DNA of 64,000 nt, taken from the human T2T-CHM13v2.0 reference genome, Homo sapiens. Below are positions 1 through 13,913 of the stretch, one piece after another. The DNA lies in NCBI RefSeq assembly GCF_009914755.1, contig NC_060926.1. One strand, written 5' to 3'. The notes under the pieces are model-generated. The model had not been told where the DNA came from. It ran no database searches and worked only from the letters and a program-made list of their open reading frames with translations. Numbering within the stretch: position 1 is the first letter of the stretch; each line of letters begins with the position of its first letter. The translations under genes and the position numbers were made by a program.

Positions 1-439
1 TTCTGAAAATAGAATGCATACAGACTTTGAATTCCAGTATAAAAATAGCACTTTATACCCAAAGACGGTTAACTTCTAAATATGTAAAACTGATCATTAC
101 ACCTTGCTTTTCTATATTAAACATAATCCTTTTAGAAAAGAACACTTTACTACCCAACTGTATGGAATATATACACTTGAACCTCTTTAAACTGTAAAGA
201 TATGACAAGCTATAAAGTTTGTTCTATCAGACAAGAATAGACTGCTAAACCATGGAAAGCAGGGAGTTATTAAACTATAAAACATAAGTGGTCTGACTTC
301 CATTTGAATAGCGAGTACAGACTGTATACCTGGTAAATATAATATGACTAGTAATCTCTTTGAAATAGCAATTCTCTCTTATAGTTAGCTAAAGGAAATA
401 GAGAACAAATAATAAAAGGGCAATGGAAAAAGGTAGCTA

Positions 440-555
440 AAATTTATTGAGCACCTACTTTACGCCAGGCACTGGATTAGAACATGTATTATCTCACTTA
501 ATCAGCCCCCAACTCATTGAAGTACATATCAATATTGTTCTCACTTTACTGATAA
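440..555 (-). mobile_element. MIR remnant
   Basis: atttattgagcacctact..gccaggcactg..tattatctcacttaatc resembles the MIR core; boundaries approximate. Confidence 0.6.
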
Positions 556-579
556 TTATGGCATAGTTTTCCGGCATGA

Positions 580-710
580 AGGCCCCAGCTTGGTCAAACA
601 GCAATTCTTCCTAGAAGGAGGTGGCTGTTAGCCCAGCTCACAGCAGATGGGGCTTGGGTCCACTGGCTTGATATAAAGGAATCTGGGTAGGGTACAAACA
701 GCATCTACTT
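580..710. mobile_element. MLT1-type (ERVL-MaLR) LTR fragment
   Basis: gcaattcttc..ggtggctgttagc..aaaggaatctgggtagggtacaaacagcatctac resembles an MLT1K/L terminus. Confidence 0.45.
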
Positions 711-1776
711 CCCATTACTTCTCCATGTTGTTGCCCACTTAGATCTTGCTGTAGGACTAATAAACCCTGGTTGTGTTTCTGTGTCAGTAGACACCACATC
801 TCTTGGGGCCTCATGAAATCAGAGGGCCATATCTAACCCAGGTACCATCACATCTCACCATCTCTCAGCCCCTTTGAGAGATGGGCTTCCTGGGCACTGA
901 TTAGTGGTGGAAGAATTTTTTTTTTTTTTTTTGAAGTACACATTGTCCTGATCAGGATTTGTTCCAATCCTAAGCTTGATGCATTCACCTGCTAAAGCAT
1001 TTTTATGTACCCACACACATGCACACTCACCCACATACATCTGCAAACGTGTGCACATACAGTTTACCCTTCAGAAAGGAAATGTCTCTGTTTTTTCCAA
1101 ATGAAAAAACTTGGGCGATTATGACATTACTGTCTGTTCTTATTTATTGTTATTAGATTAAAAGTATTTTTAAAACTTATAATACCAAAAATATGTATAT
1201 ATCTGGCTTAAGTACTGACATGATCACATTATGGCTTTTAGCTCTGTTATAAGTAAACCCAGGAAAATTGGAGACTTTTAAACAGAAAAAATATCAACTG
1301 AAATTACAAAAACAAATTCTTCAATTTTCAGAAATCAATTTTAGTTTTCTTAAGATAGTCCTAGTCTATTAAGTATAGAGGGAGAAATTTTAACATAATG
1401 GAAAATAGAACATAGAAGGTTCTATTTTATACTGAGATGAGTTGTTTCATTTCTTACACACTGTATTTGTAACATTATCCACAGCATTTATAATTGAAAC
1501 GGGGGAACATTGTCTGCTCTGGTTTTATCTTTTGCCTCTGTCAGGTTGACAGCCTATTTAATTGTGAGAACTATAGTAGGATTCTTTTCCATTTCTTTTA
1601 CTGGACTTAGTAATATTGCATCAGACTGAATAAAATTATTTGCTCCAAGCTGTCACATCTATGTTTAAGAAATACATTTTAACTTTTTGCCTTTCTGTCT
1701 TATCTCTTTTTCCCCCCCTTCTGGAGTTAAACTCTCAAAGAAGAAAAAAAACACTGTGATAGAAATTAGTAGCCAT

Positions 1777-1990
1777 ACCTAAGAATGATACATTGGAAAC
1801 TTTGGGGGCTCTGGGGAAAGGGTGGGGGGTGGCGAGGGATAAAAGACTACACAGTGGGTACATTGTACACTGCTTGGGTGATGGGTGCACCAAAGTCTCA
1901 GAAATCACCACTAAAGAACTTATTCATGTAACCAAACACCACCTGTTCCCCAAAAACCCATTGAAATGAAAAAATAAAAAATTGGAAAAA
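1777..1990 (+). mobile_element. L1PB-type 3' UTR fragment
   Basis: gggataaaagactac..gggtgatgggtgcaccaaa..tcaccactaaagaactt..ccacctgttccccaaaaac plus A tail; TSD agaaattagtag at 1761 and 1991. Confidence 0.85.
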
Positions 1991-3061
1991 AGAAATTAGT
2001 AGTTAGTAGCCATTACTACAATCTGAGTTTAGTCAGAAGAAAACTTGCAAAGATCTGCACTTATTAAATGTTTCCACTTTCACAAGTCACACAGAATATT
2101 CTTCATCATCCACATGTAGACACACAGTAAACCAAAGGTGAACACAAATTTCCAAATCTAGCCAGAAATAAAAATATTATTCTTCCAGAGATATTATCCA
2201 TGGATGGGGCTACTGAAAATAGAAGTGCCACTAAATATAGTGGATATCTCTCTAAGAACAGAGAGATAGCTCTAATGAATATATTTATACATAGATGGAG
2301 ATTATTTTCTAGAATATAGTGGTCATCTAACTTTCTGTGTGAGTCAAAAGCCACAGGCATTAGACTTTTTATAAGAGCCTACTAGTTTCTCCTATTATTC
2401 TAAACATTATTCATAAACAGTGCTAACTTGTTGAATTGCAATTCACTACTAAGAAATGCAACCCAGGGGCTCCCAGGGGCATGTGTATCTTTGAAAGCAC
2501 GAAGTTCTTTGGTGTGTCTTTGGTGAGCAGGTGTCTTATGTGCACTTTGGAATGCAAGCAAACCTCCCCGAGAGCAGCCGTGACCACAGCGCTGTTATTC
2601 CCTGTTAATAGCAGGTTCTGAGCCACTTGAGACAACAGCAGCCTTTCCATTTCTACACAGAAAGCCAGGTCCACACACTAATTGAACATTTGTCATCAAA
2701 GTAGTCTTATTTTGAAACTTTAAAGTGCCTCTGTGTTCAGGGATTCACTGTCTGGAAAAATGCATTTTAAACATTCTGAGTACAGGCAATCGAATTTCCA
2801 TCCTACCCCAAACAGACAAGGTGGCTCCACTGAGTCTCTGATGGACCCCACTTACCTCTAGGTCTACCTGGGAAACTCTTTTTAACTGAAGTTAAAAGTG
2901 CATAGCTGTGTTTGATGTTAGAATTTGCTCCGGAATGTTGTTCATCCTTCTTTCTGGTGGGCCTAGTACTGCTTCAAAAGCAACTTCTACTTAAGAATCT
3001 GCTTTAAGTGTGTCATCAGGCACTGAGTAACATGTGATTTGTTTTTCTTCTTTTCTCTCAG

Positions 3062-3184
3062 GAAGCTGACAGCTGGGAAATTATAGAAGGGCTGAAAATA
3101 GGCCAAACCAATGTCCAGAAACCAGACAAACATGAGGGCTTTATGCTGAAGAAAAGAAAATGGCCTTTAAAAGGCTGGCACAAG
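3062..3184 (+). CDS. OSBPL6: OSBPL6 internal exon, start of PH domain (EADSWEIIEGLKIGQTNVQKPDKHEGFMLKKRKWPLKGWHK)
   Basis: Polypyrimidine tract+AG at 3060-3061, donor AAG|GTAACA; 123 nt, phase 0-0; LKKRKWPLKGWHKRFF is typical of ORP3/6/7 PH domains. Confidence 0.96.
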
Positions 3185-3266
3185 GTAACATTTTTATCAT
3201 ATTCAGGTTCAGACCATCTTCATAAATAAAGAAGATCTTATTTGCTATCATGGGGTGGGAAACTAA

Positions 3267-3592
<326 letters not shown>

Positions 3593-4198
3593 TGTAAAAC
3601 TAACTTTTAAGGCCTTATTTTAACCACATGGGTTGTAGTCTATTATAGTTAACAGAGACTGAGATCTGTAATATACATATGGAGGGAAAAAAATATGTGA
3701 TATTTAATCCAGTTGGTATGTATTGTTGTCTGATTTGCTTTTTTCACTTAAATTAGTATAGATAAGTTCTCATTAAATACTCTTTGAAATATGAGGTATT
3801 TTAAATGCATGCATGTATCACTTTGGATGGATCTATATTATATATCCCACTGCTATCGAACTAATTCCCTGTTGCTGGATATGTAAGACATGCCTTATTT
3901 TTTTACTATTGTGATGTGATGAACATCCTTACACATGAACTTCTATTTAGTTCTTTGGGATACATTCCTAGAATTATTGTTACCAGTACAAACTAAAGCT
4001 GGAGTTCACTGATCCCAGAAGTTTGTTTACTGCTCTTTGAAGGCTACAGTTTATTCCTCTCCTTCCTCCCAACATCCTTGTCCTATCTCTAAGTTTAAAT
4101 TATAGAGAAAATATTTTTTACTGCATTTTACCATTACCCAAATAGCAAGGATTCTGTCATACTAAGGAGGAGAAAGTTGCCGTACATTTTCAGTTTAA

Positions 4199-4521
<323 letters not shown>

Positions 4522-6355
4522 GTCAGTTTAAACTCTTTAGTGGGCCACCCAGTATCCTCTTTGAAATCAGTGGAAGAATAAATCTATATATTTGGCACAT
4601 CTGCACGTGGATTTCATCTCAGGGCAGATAAATTTATTGGCCCAAATGGCCAGTGGTGGCTGCCCATTGGCTCAGTGCAGGGAGGTTATGTATGTTAACT
4701 TCCTTGAGGAAACATTTTATGTGTTTTAAGGGAAAGACTTAAAAATGAACACATGGGAAATGTTGCCCCGGTGCCCTGTCTCTGAAAGTGCCTTCTTCCT
4801 TGTCAGAAACGATCTTTCCTGAACCCATAATATTATCGTAGTGCCAAGGACCTGTCCTCACTGTCGTTCTTCCTGAGATTTTCGCCAATTGGCCATCCTC
4901 CTTCCTACAATCACTGTTGCCTTTCATCCTTTGTGTTTCCCCAAATTGATGGCCTTGCTAATCTCTTTCCTTATGATATGCTATAGGTGATCTCTGCTGA
5001 AATTCTTGGATAGACAGAAATGGAAACACAGGAAAAAACCGTCAAAGAAACAAATTTTGTATGAATTGCTAACTTTAATTTAGCACTTTCAGTCCATGTT
5101 TCAACAAAACTGGCTGTGGTTTGGCAGCAACTTTCTAGACCGTGCCTTTGAACATTTTGCTACATAAATAACAGGAGGGCCTGCTTTGCATTGTTGTCTT
5201 TTCTTCTGATCTCTACAACCACCATGTGTTTATTCAGATGTCAGCCCATTTGATTGACCAAGTTAAGGGCAACTGATTTTAATCAAGTGTTTTTCAACCG
5301 TAGAGACTCTTTTTTTCCAGTGTTTACTTGTTGTCCCGCAGAACCTGTAACAAAGGGTTTACAGTGGCCTTCTGTCAGTCCTGTGCAGAACTCATAGGGG
5401 TTCTCTGTGCAGAACTCACAGAAGGCCACTGTACTTACAGAAGGCGATCCCGAGGCCTGACTGCCTGCCATCTTAGCAGCTAAGAGGTCCCAAATCACAT
5501 AAAAACTTACCAGCAGAGTAATTTGCCAGGAACAGAAAAATTCCTTGCATCTGTAGAACTAGAGGGCACAGGACCCATTCTTTGACCGGGCCCTGGGAGC
5601 TGTTTGTTCTCTTGTGAATTGCCCGTGGAAGAAAAATCAACAGCTGAGAGTTCCTGAGTGTTTGTAGAGCAAAAAGGGCAAATCCATTCAGACTGTACTA
5701 GGATTATCTTGGAGGAGAAAAAATTGCCAAAAACCCCTCTCTTTTTTTACCCTTAGTGTAGTTCAGAAATAATTTTCAACCTCTTTGATTAATGGTAGAA
5801 TGCAAACATTTGCTAACTAGAGATGCAAGCATATTACTAAGCCCACTTAAATTTTCCAGATAATTCATTATTCATAGATTCAGTCCACTGGCTTCTGTAA
5901 TGGACATGAACATTTTCAGGAATTGTCTGTGGTATCCAGGGAAAATTCAGAAGTTTATATTCACGGTGAAAAATTCCCTGTAGACCTGTATAGAGCTCCT
6001 TACAGAGTCACTGTGATCATTTCTCACTTTGAAAAACATCCCAATGTGGTTCATTCAGGGGATTGTAGCTTCAGGTCCTCAGATTCCTCCCCTGTTAAGA
6101 AAAATCATGGTGAAAAGACTCCATCCCCATTGGATTATGTATAAAAGAATCTTGGTAGGTTAACAGTATGGAACTAGAGCTCTTATCTCCTTACCATTTA
6201 ATGTGACTGACTGTGGCCAAATGCACTGAATCCAGATACATTAAAATGATCAAACATATTGATTAATAAATGCCAAGCAACATTAGACCCACATTTGTGA
6301 ATGTTTTATATAATTCAAAATACAGACAGTAACTGGGGGTGTTTGGTTCTTGCAG

Positions 6356-6409
6356 CGTTTTTTTGTCCTGGATAATGGAATGTTAAAGTATTCAAAGGCA
6401 CCACTCGAT
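6356..6409 (+). CDS. OSBPL6: OSBPL6 exon, PH domain (RFFVLDNGMLKYSKAPLD)
   Basis: ttcttgcag acceptor, GAT|GTAAGT donor; 54 nt, phase 0-0; continues frame. Confidence 0.95.
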
Positions 6410-7444
6410 GTAAGTAGCACACAGGACATGTTTCAAAGGTTGATTTCGAATTCTGCTTGAAGTGAGTAAACACTGTAATTGTACAAGCCTTGTGCCATAG
6501 TTACCAGCTTTGTGCATGTCTGGGCCTGTAAGATTTCACAAGCTCCCAAACCTCCATGTTCTAAAGTGTGTCAACCTAGTGCATGAAGATTTAACTATTT
6601 TGATGTGTGTTATTAAAAACAGAAGCTTAAACCTTAAAAGTGACGCATGAGTAAAATCACCTTCTGTCACTTGGATAGAAAACGCAAATGGGCTTTTTTC
6701 CTCCATCTTCCAATAAACTCTGCTTTATGTGTGCTGCTCTGTTCTTGTCAATGTCCTTTTAAAAACTATCTTACAAATTTTATTTCTACGTCATACATCT
6801 TTTTATCTTGGAGATCCCAATTCACAAAAATTATTTCAAATTGTTTTTGTTTAGTATACAAAGGAGTAGTTTGCATGTAACACTGGAAAATTCCTTCCTT
6901 CATCATTGTGGTGTAGGGGAAGTAACTGAAGGCTTAGGTTTCAGTTTTGTCCCCATCCCTGCCATTGAATCAGCCATGTCCTTGATCAGTGGAGCAGCCA
7001 GAAGGAAGAGCTGGCTGCTCCTTGCTTTCTGGTCCCAGCTGCCCTGTTCTGCCCCAGCAGCTGTCTGCCAGCTGATTACTCAGGGATGTTCTGGGTTATA
7101 CGTCAAAGATTGACCGCAGTTATTTTAGGACCGCTAAAGATGTCCTTTTGGGAGAATATAAGCTGTGCAATCTAGAATTATGAAGAATTAGTATTACATT
7201 CTATGCCAAAACAGGAATAAGATGAATAGTCTTATTTATAAAAATTGACGTGAAGTCACTGCAACATCAACTGTCCTAGAACCTAATCCATAGAACCTTA
7301 ACTATTTTCTGTTTGTTAAGGAGGTATGTGTAGTATTCCACTTCCCATAGATAAGTTAAAGATTACTTTGAGTTCACTTAAATACAGTACAGAAACATCA
7401 AATCATATATCCTTTCAGCCTATTTACTAGTCTTTTGATTTCAG

Positions 7445-7558
7445 ATTCAGAAAGGAAAGGTCCATGGGAGCATAGATGTGGGACTCTCAGTCATGTCAAT
7501 TAAAAAGAAAGCTCGAAGAATAGACCTTGACACCGAAGAGCACATCTATCATTTGAAG
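7445..7558 (+). CDS. OSBPL6: OSBPL6 exon, PH domain ([38 protein letters not shown])
   Basis: ttttcag acceptor, AAG|GTGAAA donor; 114 nt, phase 0-0. Confidence 0.95.
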
Positions 7559-7674
7559 GTGAAATCAGTTTTCAACAGTTTCTCTGCCATTATCAGGGGA
7601 AACGATTTGCCTACACCAGTGGTAGGCAGGAGAGTTATTTTACAATTACTTTCTCCTCTCGTTCATTGTTTTAG

Positions 7675-7845
7675 GTGAAATCCCAGGACTGGTTTGATGC
7701 ATGGGTCTCCAAACTGCGACATCATCGGTTGTATCGTCAGAATGAAATTGTGAGATCACCAAGAGATGCTAGTTTTCACATATTTCCTTCAACGTCCACA
7801 GCTGAATCCTCACCAGCTGCTAATGTTTCTGTAATGGATGGAAAG
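7675..7845 (+). CDS. OSBPL6: OSBPL6 exon, PH C-terminal helix and linker ([29 protein letters not shown]...VMDGK)
   Basis: ttgttttag acceptor, AAG|GTATGA donor; 171 nt, phase 0-0; contains the conserved PH-helix Trp. Confidence 0.95.
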
Positions 7846-7904
7846 GTATGACTTTGTTCTATAAAAACCAGCCTGAAAATTGCTTAGAAAATTATGCAAA
7901 TTTT

Positions 7905-8218
7905 GGCCAGGCACTGTGGCTCACGTGTGTAATCCCAGCACTTTGGGAGGCCAAAGCGGGTGGATCGCCTGACAGCCAGGAGTTCGAGACCAGCCTGGGC
8001 AACATGGTGAAAACCCCATCTCTACTAAAAACACAAAAATTTGTCAAATGTGATGCTGCATAGCTGTAATCCCAGGTACTCGGGAGGCTGAAGCACGAAA
8101 ATTGCTTGAACCTGGGAGGCGGAGGTTGTAGTGAGCCAAGATTGTGCCACTACTGAATAGCCTGGGCAATAGAGCAAGACTGCGTCTCAAAAATAAATAA
8201 ATAAAATAAAATAAAAAA
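7905..8218 (+). mobile_element. Alu
   Basis: ggccaggcactgtggctcac start, A-rich tail; TSD agaaaattatgcaaat. Confidence 0.95.
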
Positions 8219-8633
8219 GAAAATTATGCAAATGCATAACTGAGTCTCATTTGGGAAAACCAGAAAGAGGAGGTTTGCTTTGTAAACTAACACTCAGAAG
8301 ACAACAGTGACATTTGGCATGAAAGTTAATTGCAAGTATAAATTAGGCAGAAATGTGGATCACCAAGAGAATTAGCAGTTAATTTTCCCTTTTATGAACG
8401 GACTACCTTTTAACTTTATGTGGCTTTGTAGGAATACTAGGAAGTAAGTAAACATTTATTTAATCAACATTCAGAAATCAGGTGCCTTCCTGGATGGTAA
8501 TAAGAAAACCTCAGTCTTGAAAATGAAACTTGCCTTTGTGTCTTGACCTATAATATATACATGAGAGGCTATTAAATTTCTCCATGAAGTAATTACATGT
8601 GAGCTCAAGAATGTGACAATAATATAAATAGCA

Positions 8634-8805
8634 GCCTATTTAAGTGGTCAGGCACTGTGTTAAGCATTTGGCACTCATTCGTCTCTGATCTTTCAAATAA
8701 CCAAAGTTCAGAGACAGTAAAAAATTTGTCCAGAAGTGACATAGCCATTAAACAGCTGAGCCAGGATCCAAGCCCACATCTGTTCCCAAAGTCAGTGCCC
8801 TTTCC
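8634..8805 (-). mobile_element. MIR remnant
   Basis: caggcactgtgttaagcatt..ttcagagacagtaaaaaatttgtccagaagtgacatagc..gagccaggatccaagccca; boundaries approximate. Confidence 0.55.
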
Positions 8806-9310
8806 ATTTTTACCAGGTGCCAGACTAAGGGAGGCTGACCTTGTTCTCTGGGCTGAAATAAGAGTTCACTTCTGTGTTGATGAAAAGCAAGAGATGTTGT
8901 TTGTTAAAAAAAAATCAAGGTTAAGTCAACAGACAGGGAAACAGCTGTTTCTGCCTTTGATTCAATAATTAAGTTTCCTGAAACCTAGCCCCACTGCACT
9001 GCGCAGGGGTGCTCCGCCTTCACATTTGGCACCTGAAATTGAGGGCAGAGAGGGTGAGGAAGCTGGCTGCCACAGTACGTTGTGTTCAAGAACGTCCCAA
9101 TGAAGATTCTGCTTTTCTTTGCTTACACAGGAATGTATGTCATACATACATCCAAGTTTCCTTTGCAAACCATTGAAAAACCTCATAGAGTAACTGCAAT
9201 ACTAACCAAATCAGATTAAATGAAACATTACTATATTCAGTTTTTGTTATTTTAATGGCAGTTTTTGATAGATCCTATTAACGATGTTAAAATTATCTCA
9301 AACCTTACAT

Positions 9311-9625
9311 TATTTATTTATTTACTTATTTATTTATTTTTGAGACAAAGTCTCACTCTGTCACCCAGGCTGGAGTGCAGTGGTGTGGTTTTGGCTCACT
9401 GCAACCTCCTCAACCTCCTCCTCCTGAATTCAATTGATTCTCCTGCCTCAGCCTTCAGAGTAAGCTGGGATTACGGGTGCCTACCACCACACCCAGCTCA
9501 TTTTTAGTAGAGACAGGGTTTCGCCATGTTGGCCATGCTGGTCTCAAACTCCTGACCTCAAGTGATCTGCCCACCTCGGCCTCCCAAAGTGCTGGGATTA
9601 CAGGCGTGAGCCACCACACCTGGCC
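9311..9625 (-). mobile_element. Alu
   Basis: Reverse Alu with (ttta)n tail; TSD aaacct(t/c)acattatt. Confidence 0.95.
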
Positions 9626-11104
9626 TTAAACCTCACATTATTCCATTCTGGTTGCAGCCTTGCCAAGGACTATTTAATTATCTTTTTTCTAGGAATAGGG
9701 TGTTGGATTAACCCTAATACCAACCAGTTCTGAAATAAAAAAGGGAACGAACCATCTGGTCAGGGCATCAGGAAGGTTGGGAACTTACAGATGCCCAAGA
9801 TAGTGCCGAGTTTCTCTGGCCTCCTGTGTTCTCACCAGAAGGCAGACTGAATCCTAGATTTAGTCCTTGTTAAATGAGAAATGTATTCCAAATAGATCTT
9901 TAAAAAATATAAATTTTTAATTACTTGGTTCATCCAGCTTCTGCCTACATCACTGGCACAGACTATTGATGAAAATATTTTATCTCTTATTTATTAAATT
10001 ATTAAAATATTTATTAAATTTATTGATGAAAATATATTATTTTCATCCCTTATTTGTTAAATAACTTGGGTGATATCTGAGAATGGAAGACTAAAATCAA
10101 ATCCTCCCCACTGTTTGCCTTGAAATAAGAAAGCTCTTCAGCTCTGGTTTTCAAAACAGATTTATTGCTCTGGTTAATGACATACCTCTAAGATCTGCTT
10201 GGTGAAAGATTTCCATTACATTTATCAACATGCAATAAAGAGTGAAAAGAGCTTTTTATCACTTTGCCTGTCTTCTACATATCAAATTATGAGACTCCTG
10301 AATGTTAATTAGTTTGTGGCCCTCTGTGAGTAATAAATAAGCCTGGGTTTGCTAAGAATGTGCATCATTCACTTTGTAATGATTTAGAAGAGACACAATT
10401 CAGTTGTAGTTGGATATTAAAGTCAACTATGGAGTTTTAAAATTATTTCAATTTTTTAAGAATTAAGTTTCTTCTTTTTTCACTGTTTCCTGCAGGCACC
10501 TTAGTATCTATATACTTAATACAATTTTCACTTATTTCACATAAAATCTTTTTAATGAGAAGTCTATAGATAATAACTTTAATGGAAAGCTATAGATAAT
10601 AACTTGCCATGACTGCCTTTTTATAAATAATTTCCAATACGAATTCAAGGCATTGCAAGGTTGCTTACTGGTGGATAATGTATTTAGGAATCACATGTGG
10701 TTGAGGAGAACTTGAGTGGTCATAAGGGTACAGAAACCTTTTGGAAAGGAAAGACCTTAAATCATGAGTTAAGAGTACTGCAGTAAGGACGCTGCAAATA
10801 CAATTTACTCAGCGATTAAAAATTACTGGGAAATTGAGTTGGCAGATCCTTGTAATTATGAGATACAACACACTTAAATGTTGTCCTTCATTGAATGATG
10901 GAGATGGCAGTTTAATGAGGGGTTGCTGTTTAGGAATGTCGCCCTCACTGGGCACAAACCACATTTAGCCAAGAGGCTTCTTCCATGTTTTGAGTGTGCA
11001 TTTTCTTCCTCTCTTTGTTAATATGGTTTTGAGGATACTTGTATTTTTTTAATCATTGAAATGTACTGTTTCATAACCATACAATTCATCTTTGTTTGCC
11101 GTAG

Positions 11105-11237
11105 ATGCAACCAAACAGCTTTCCGTGGCAGTCCCCTTTACCATGCAGCAATAGCCTCCCTGCAACGTGCACAACTGGCCAGAGTAAAGTGGCAGCCTGG
11201 TTACAGGACTCGGAAGAGATGGACAGGTGTGCAGAAG
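11105..11237 (+). CDS. OSBPL6: OSBPL6 exon (MQPNSFPWQSPLPCSNSLPATCTTGQSKVAAWLQDSEEMDRCAE)
   Basis: tttgccgtag acceptor, AAG|GTTAGT donor; 133 nt, phase 0-1; KVAAWLQ motif shared with ORP3/7. Confidence 0.93.
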
Positions 11238-12753
11238 GTTAGTTCTTGCCCAGTGTGGCCTGAGAGTAAGCCAAAACCAAACAAGAAACAAAACCCGAAG
11301 AGGTCAATTATGAGTGCTACATCTTTTACCCTGATTGCCTTGATCGTCTTGACCTTTCCTTGCTCTTTCTCCCCCTTGTTCTTATTTTTATGCACCAGCT
11401 CCTTCTCTCTGCCATGACTCAGGCTCCTTACCTGCCAGTTCTCTTGCACCCTCACAGCAGTTGAATCTGGTTCTTGCCTTTCCCCTGACTTCTACCCACT
11501 TCAGCCTTCTCTCCTTGTCTTTTCACCATTTCCTTCTGGCTTCTTTAGCTCCTGGATCCTGGGGCAGTCACACAGAGGAGTAACCCCCAAGGAGAGCCTA
11601 CTCTGCCCATGGTCCCAGAATCACTGCTCTGTCGTCCTCACTAGGTCACTTCCGCAGCTGCCTTCTCTTCTGCTCTGTCTTGCCCATGGAGCAGGTGTAT
11701 GTTTCCTGACAACTCGGCAATAAATGGCAAAGTTGTAAAATGCTGCATCTTATATCCACAGTTACCTGTTAGTGTGCTCCACTGTGGATCAGTGATTCAA
11801 TATTCTGAACCAATACCTGCTTCTCTCATACTGCCATCTCTGAGCCTCTTCATCTCTTCTTACCTTCACCTTCCTCGTAATTAGCCAGAGCACAATGGTT
11901 CAAACTTGATCTACAGACCATTTCCATTCTATGAGACAGTTTTCATTTGACCTTCAAAACCGAGAAAAACAAGGGCAATGCAGACACTGTTTAATACGGC
12001 TCAATTAGTTTATTTTTAGATGATCCTAAGATGATATTGGGCCTATTTTTTCAAATTATTTTTTCTTATAAAATTATAATAAAAGTAGATATTAGATCAC
12101 TTTTTTGTGTTCTCACTTAAAAAAATTAAAATTTGGTAATCTATGTTAGTCCTCCAACCAAAAGAATTTTTTCTTACTCTACCAGCATGTGGACTCAAAG
12201 TATGCAGCATTTTTTGTCATTTTTATCAGCCTTCTGAGATACTCACATCCCAGACTTTATGTGAAAGTATGATTTCCTCTCTTTCTTATTGTAAATAATA
12301 GAAGTGACAAAGAATGATGTAGCATGGCCCAGGTGAAGGCTCTAGCAGGGTGATGAGACATAGCGCAGTAAGTATTTCTTAGAGACCATTTCTGGCTTTC
12401 ATAGAACTTTCTCATCTACCATCTCAGTAAGCAGGTAGGAGAGCTAAATGCTACTATCACCATTTGACAGATAAGGAAACTACAACTGAAAAATCTAAAT
12501 TGATGTCTCCTTACGCTTAGTTTTGAGTCCTTGGCCTTAAACTGAATTATTCACAAAGTTCTGTTTTCATTCTGTTAGAAAAAGGGTGATGGTTTTCAGC
12601 CCCAATTCCAGATTTCTATGCTTATATAGCACCATTTATATAGAACAATCACAAATATTAGGGAGTATGAATGTAATATTTCCTGGATAGAAAGCTCAAA
12701 ATGAAATTTTTAGCAACTGACCACAAAAATAAGAAAAGTAACTCAGTATTCTC

Positions 12754-13051
<298 letters not shown>

Positions 13052-13809
13052 CAATATTCTTGACCGTGTTTAATTTCACATATTAAAGGTCAGTTTTTTT
13101 TTTAAAGAGTGATATTTTATTGTATAGATTTTTAAATATTCTCTTGTACTAAATAAACCAAAACATTTAAAAGAAAACTAAATGTCATTTCTTCATTCTA
13201 AACGTTAATTCAGACAGAATGAGTTGATGTCCAGGTGATGATGATATTGCTGGACCAGCGAATGCACTTTGAAAATCTGATTTGGTTAATATAATGTCTC
13301 TAAGAAATTTTAAAGTCATTCATTTCAACATTGTTAGTGAGCTAAATTACAGAAAATATGTTTAACTGATTCTGTATTCCGTCCTATTTTTCTGAACTTG
13401 ATTTTAACGCTACCCAAATTCCAGATAACCATCTTCTAAAGCATGTTAGAGGAGCAGGTAGACAAGCTCCTAACAATGAAACCACAGGACTGCTGAAGTT
13501 CACTTGAGTGTGCTTCCCATGTGGCAAAAGCTATCAGAGCAGAAAAGGGATCACATACAGTGTGACTGAGAGTTTCATGGTTTCTGCACTAATAGCTATT
13601 AACTTTTAAGAGTGAGCTTTGAAATATAATGAATGGTTTTTGGTTCTGCACCAGAAAAGGGTCTGTTTTGTTTCACCTGCCAGTATCTTCATCATATAAA
13701 CATGGATCTGCCTACTTATATTTGCCATAATTTGCATTGACCCTTTTATTACCATCCCCACCGCTCCCTACCCAATTTTAACGTATTTTTATTTCTGATT
13801 TCTTATTAG

Positions 13810-13913
13810 ATCTTGCACATTGCCAGTCAAACCTTGTGGAACTTAGCAAACTCCTGCAAAATTTGGAAATACTTCAGAGAACTCAGTCAGCACCTAACTT
13901 TACTGACATGCAG
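13810..13913 (+). CDS. OSBPL6: OSBPL6 exon (DLAHCQSNLVELSKLLQNLEILQRTQSAPNFTDMQ)
   Basis: tcttattag acceptor, CAG|GTAAAC donor; 104 nt, phase 1-0, completes the frame of the previous exon. Confidence 0.93.

Noticed and set aside
9964-10062. Short AT-rich tandem duplication (tattgatgaaaatat x2); also ctatagataataactt x2 at 10564-10605
   Set aside because: Ordinary slippage duplications; not a spaced-repeat array or CRISPR
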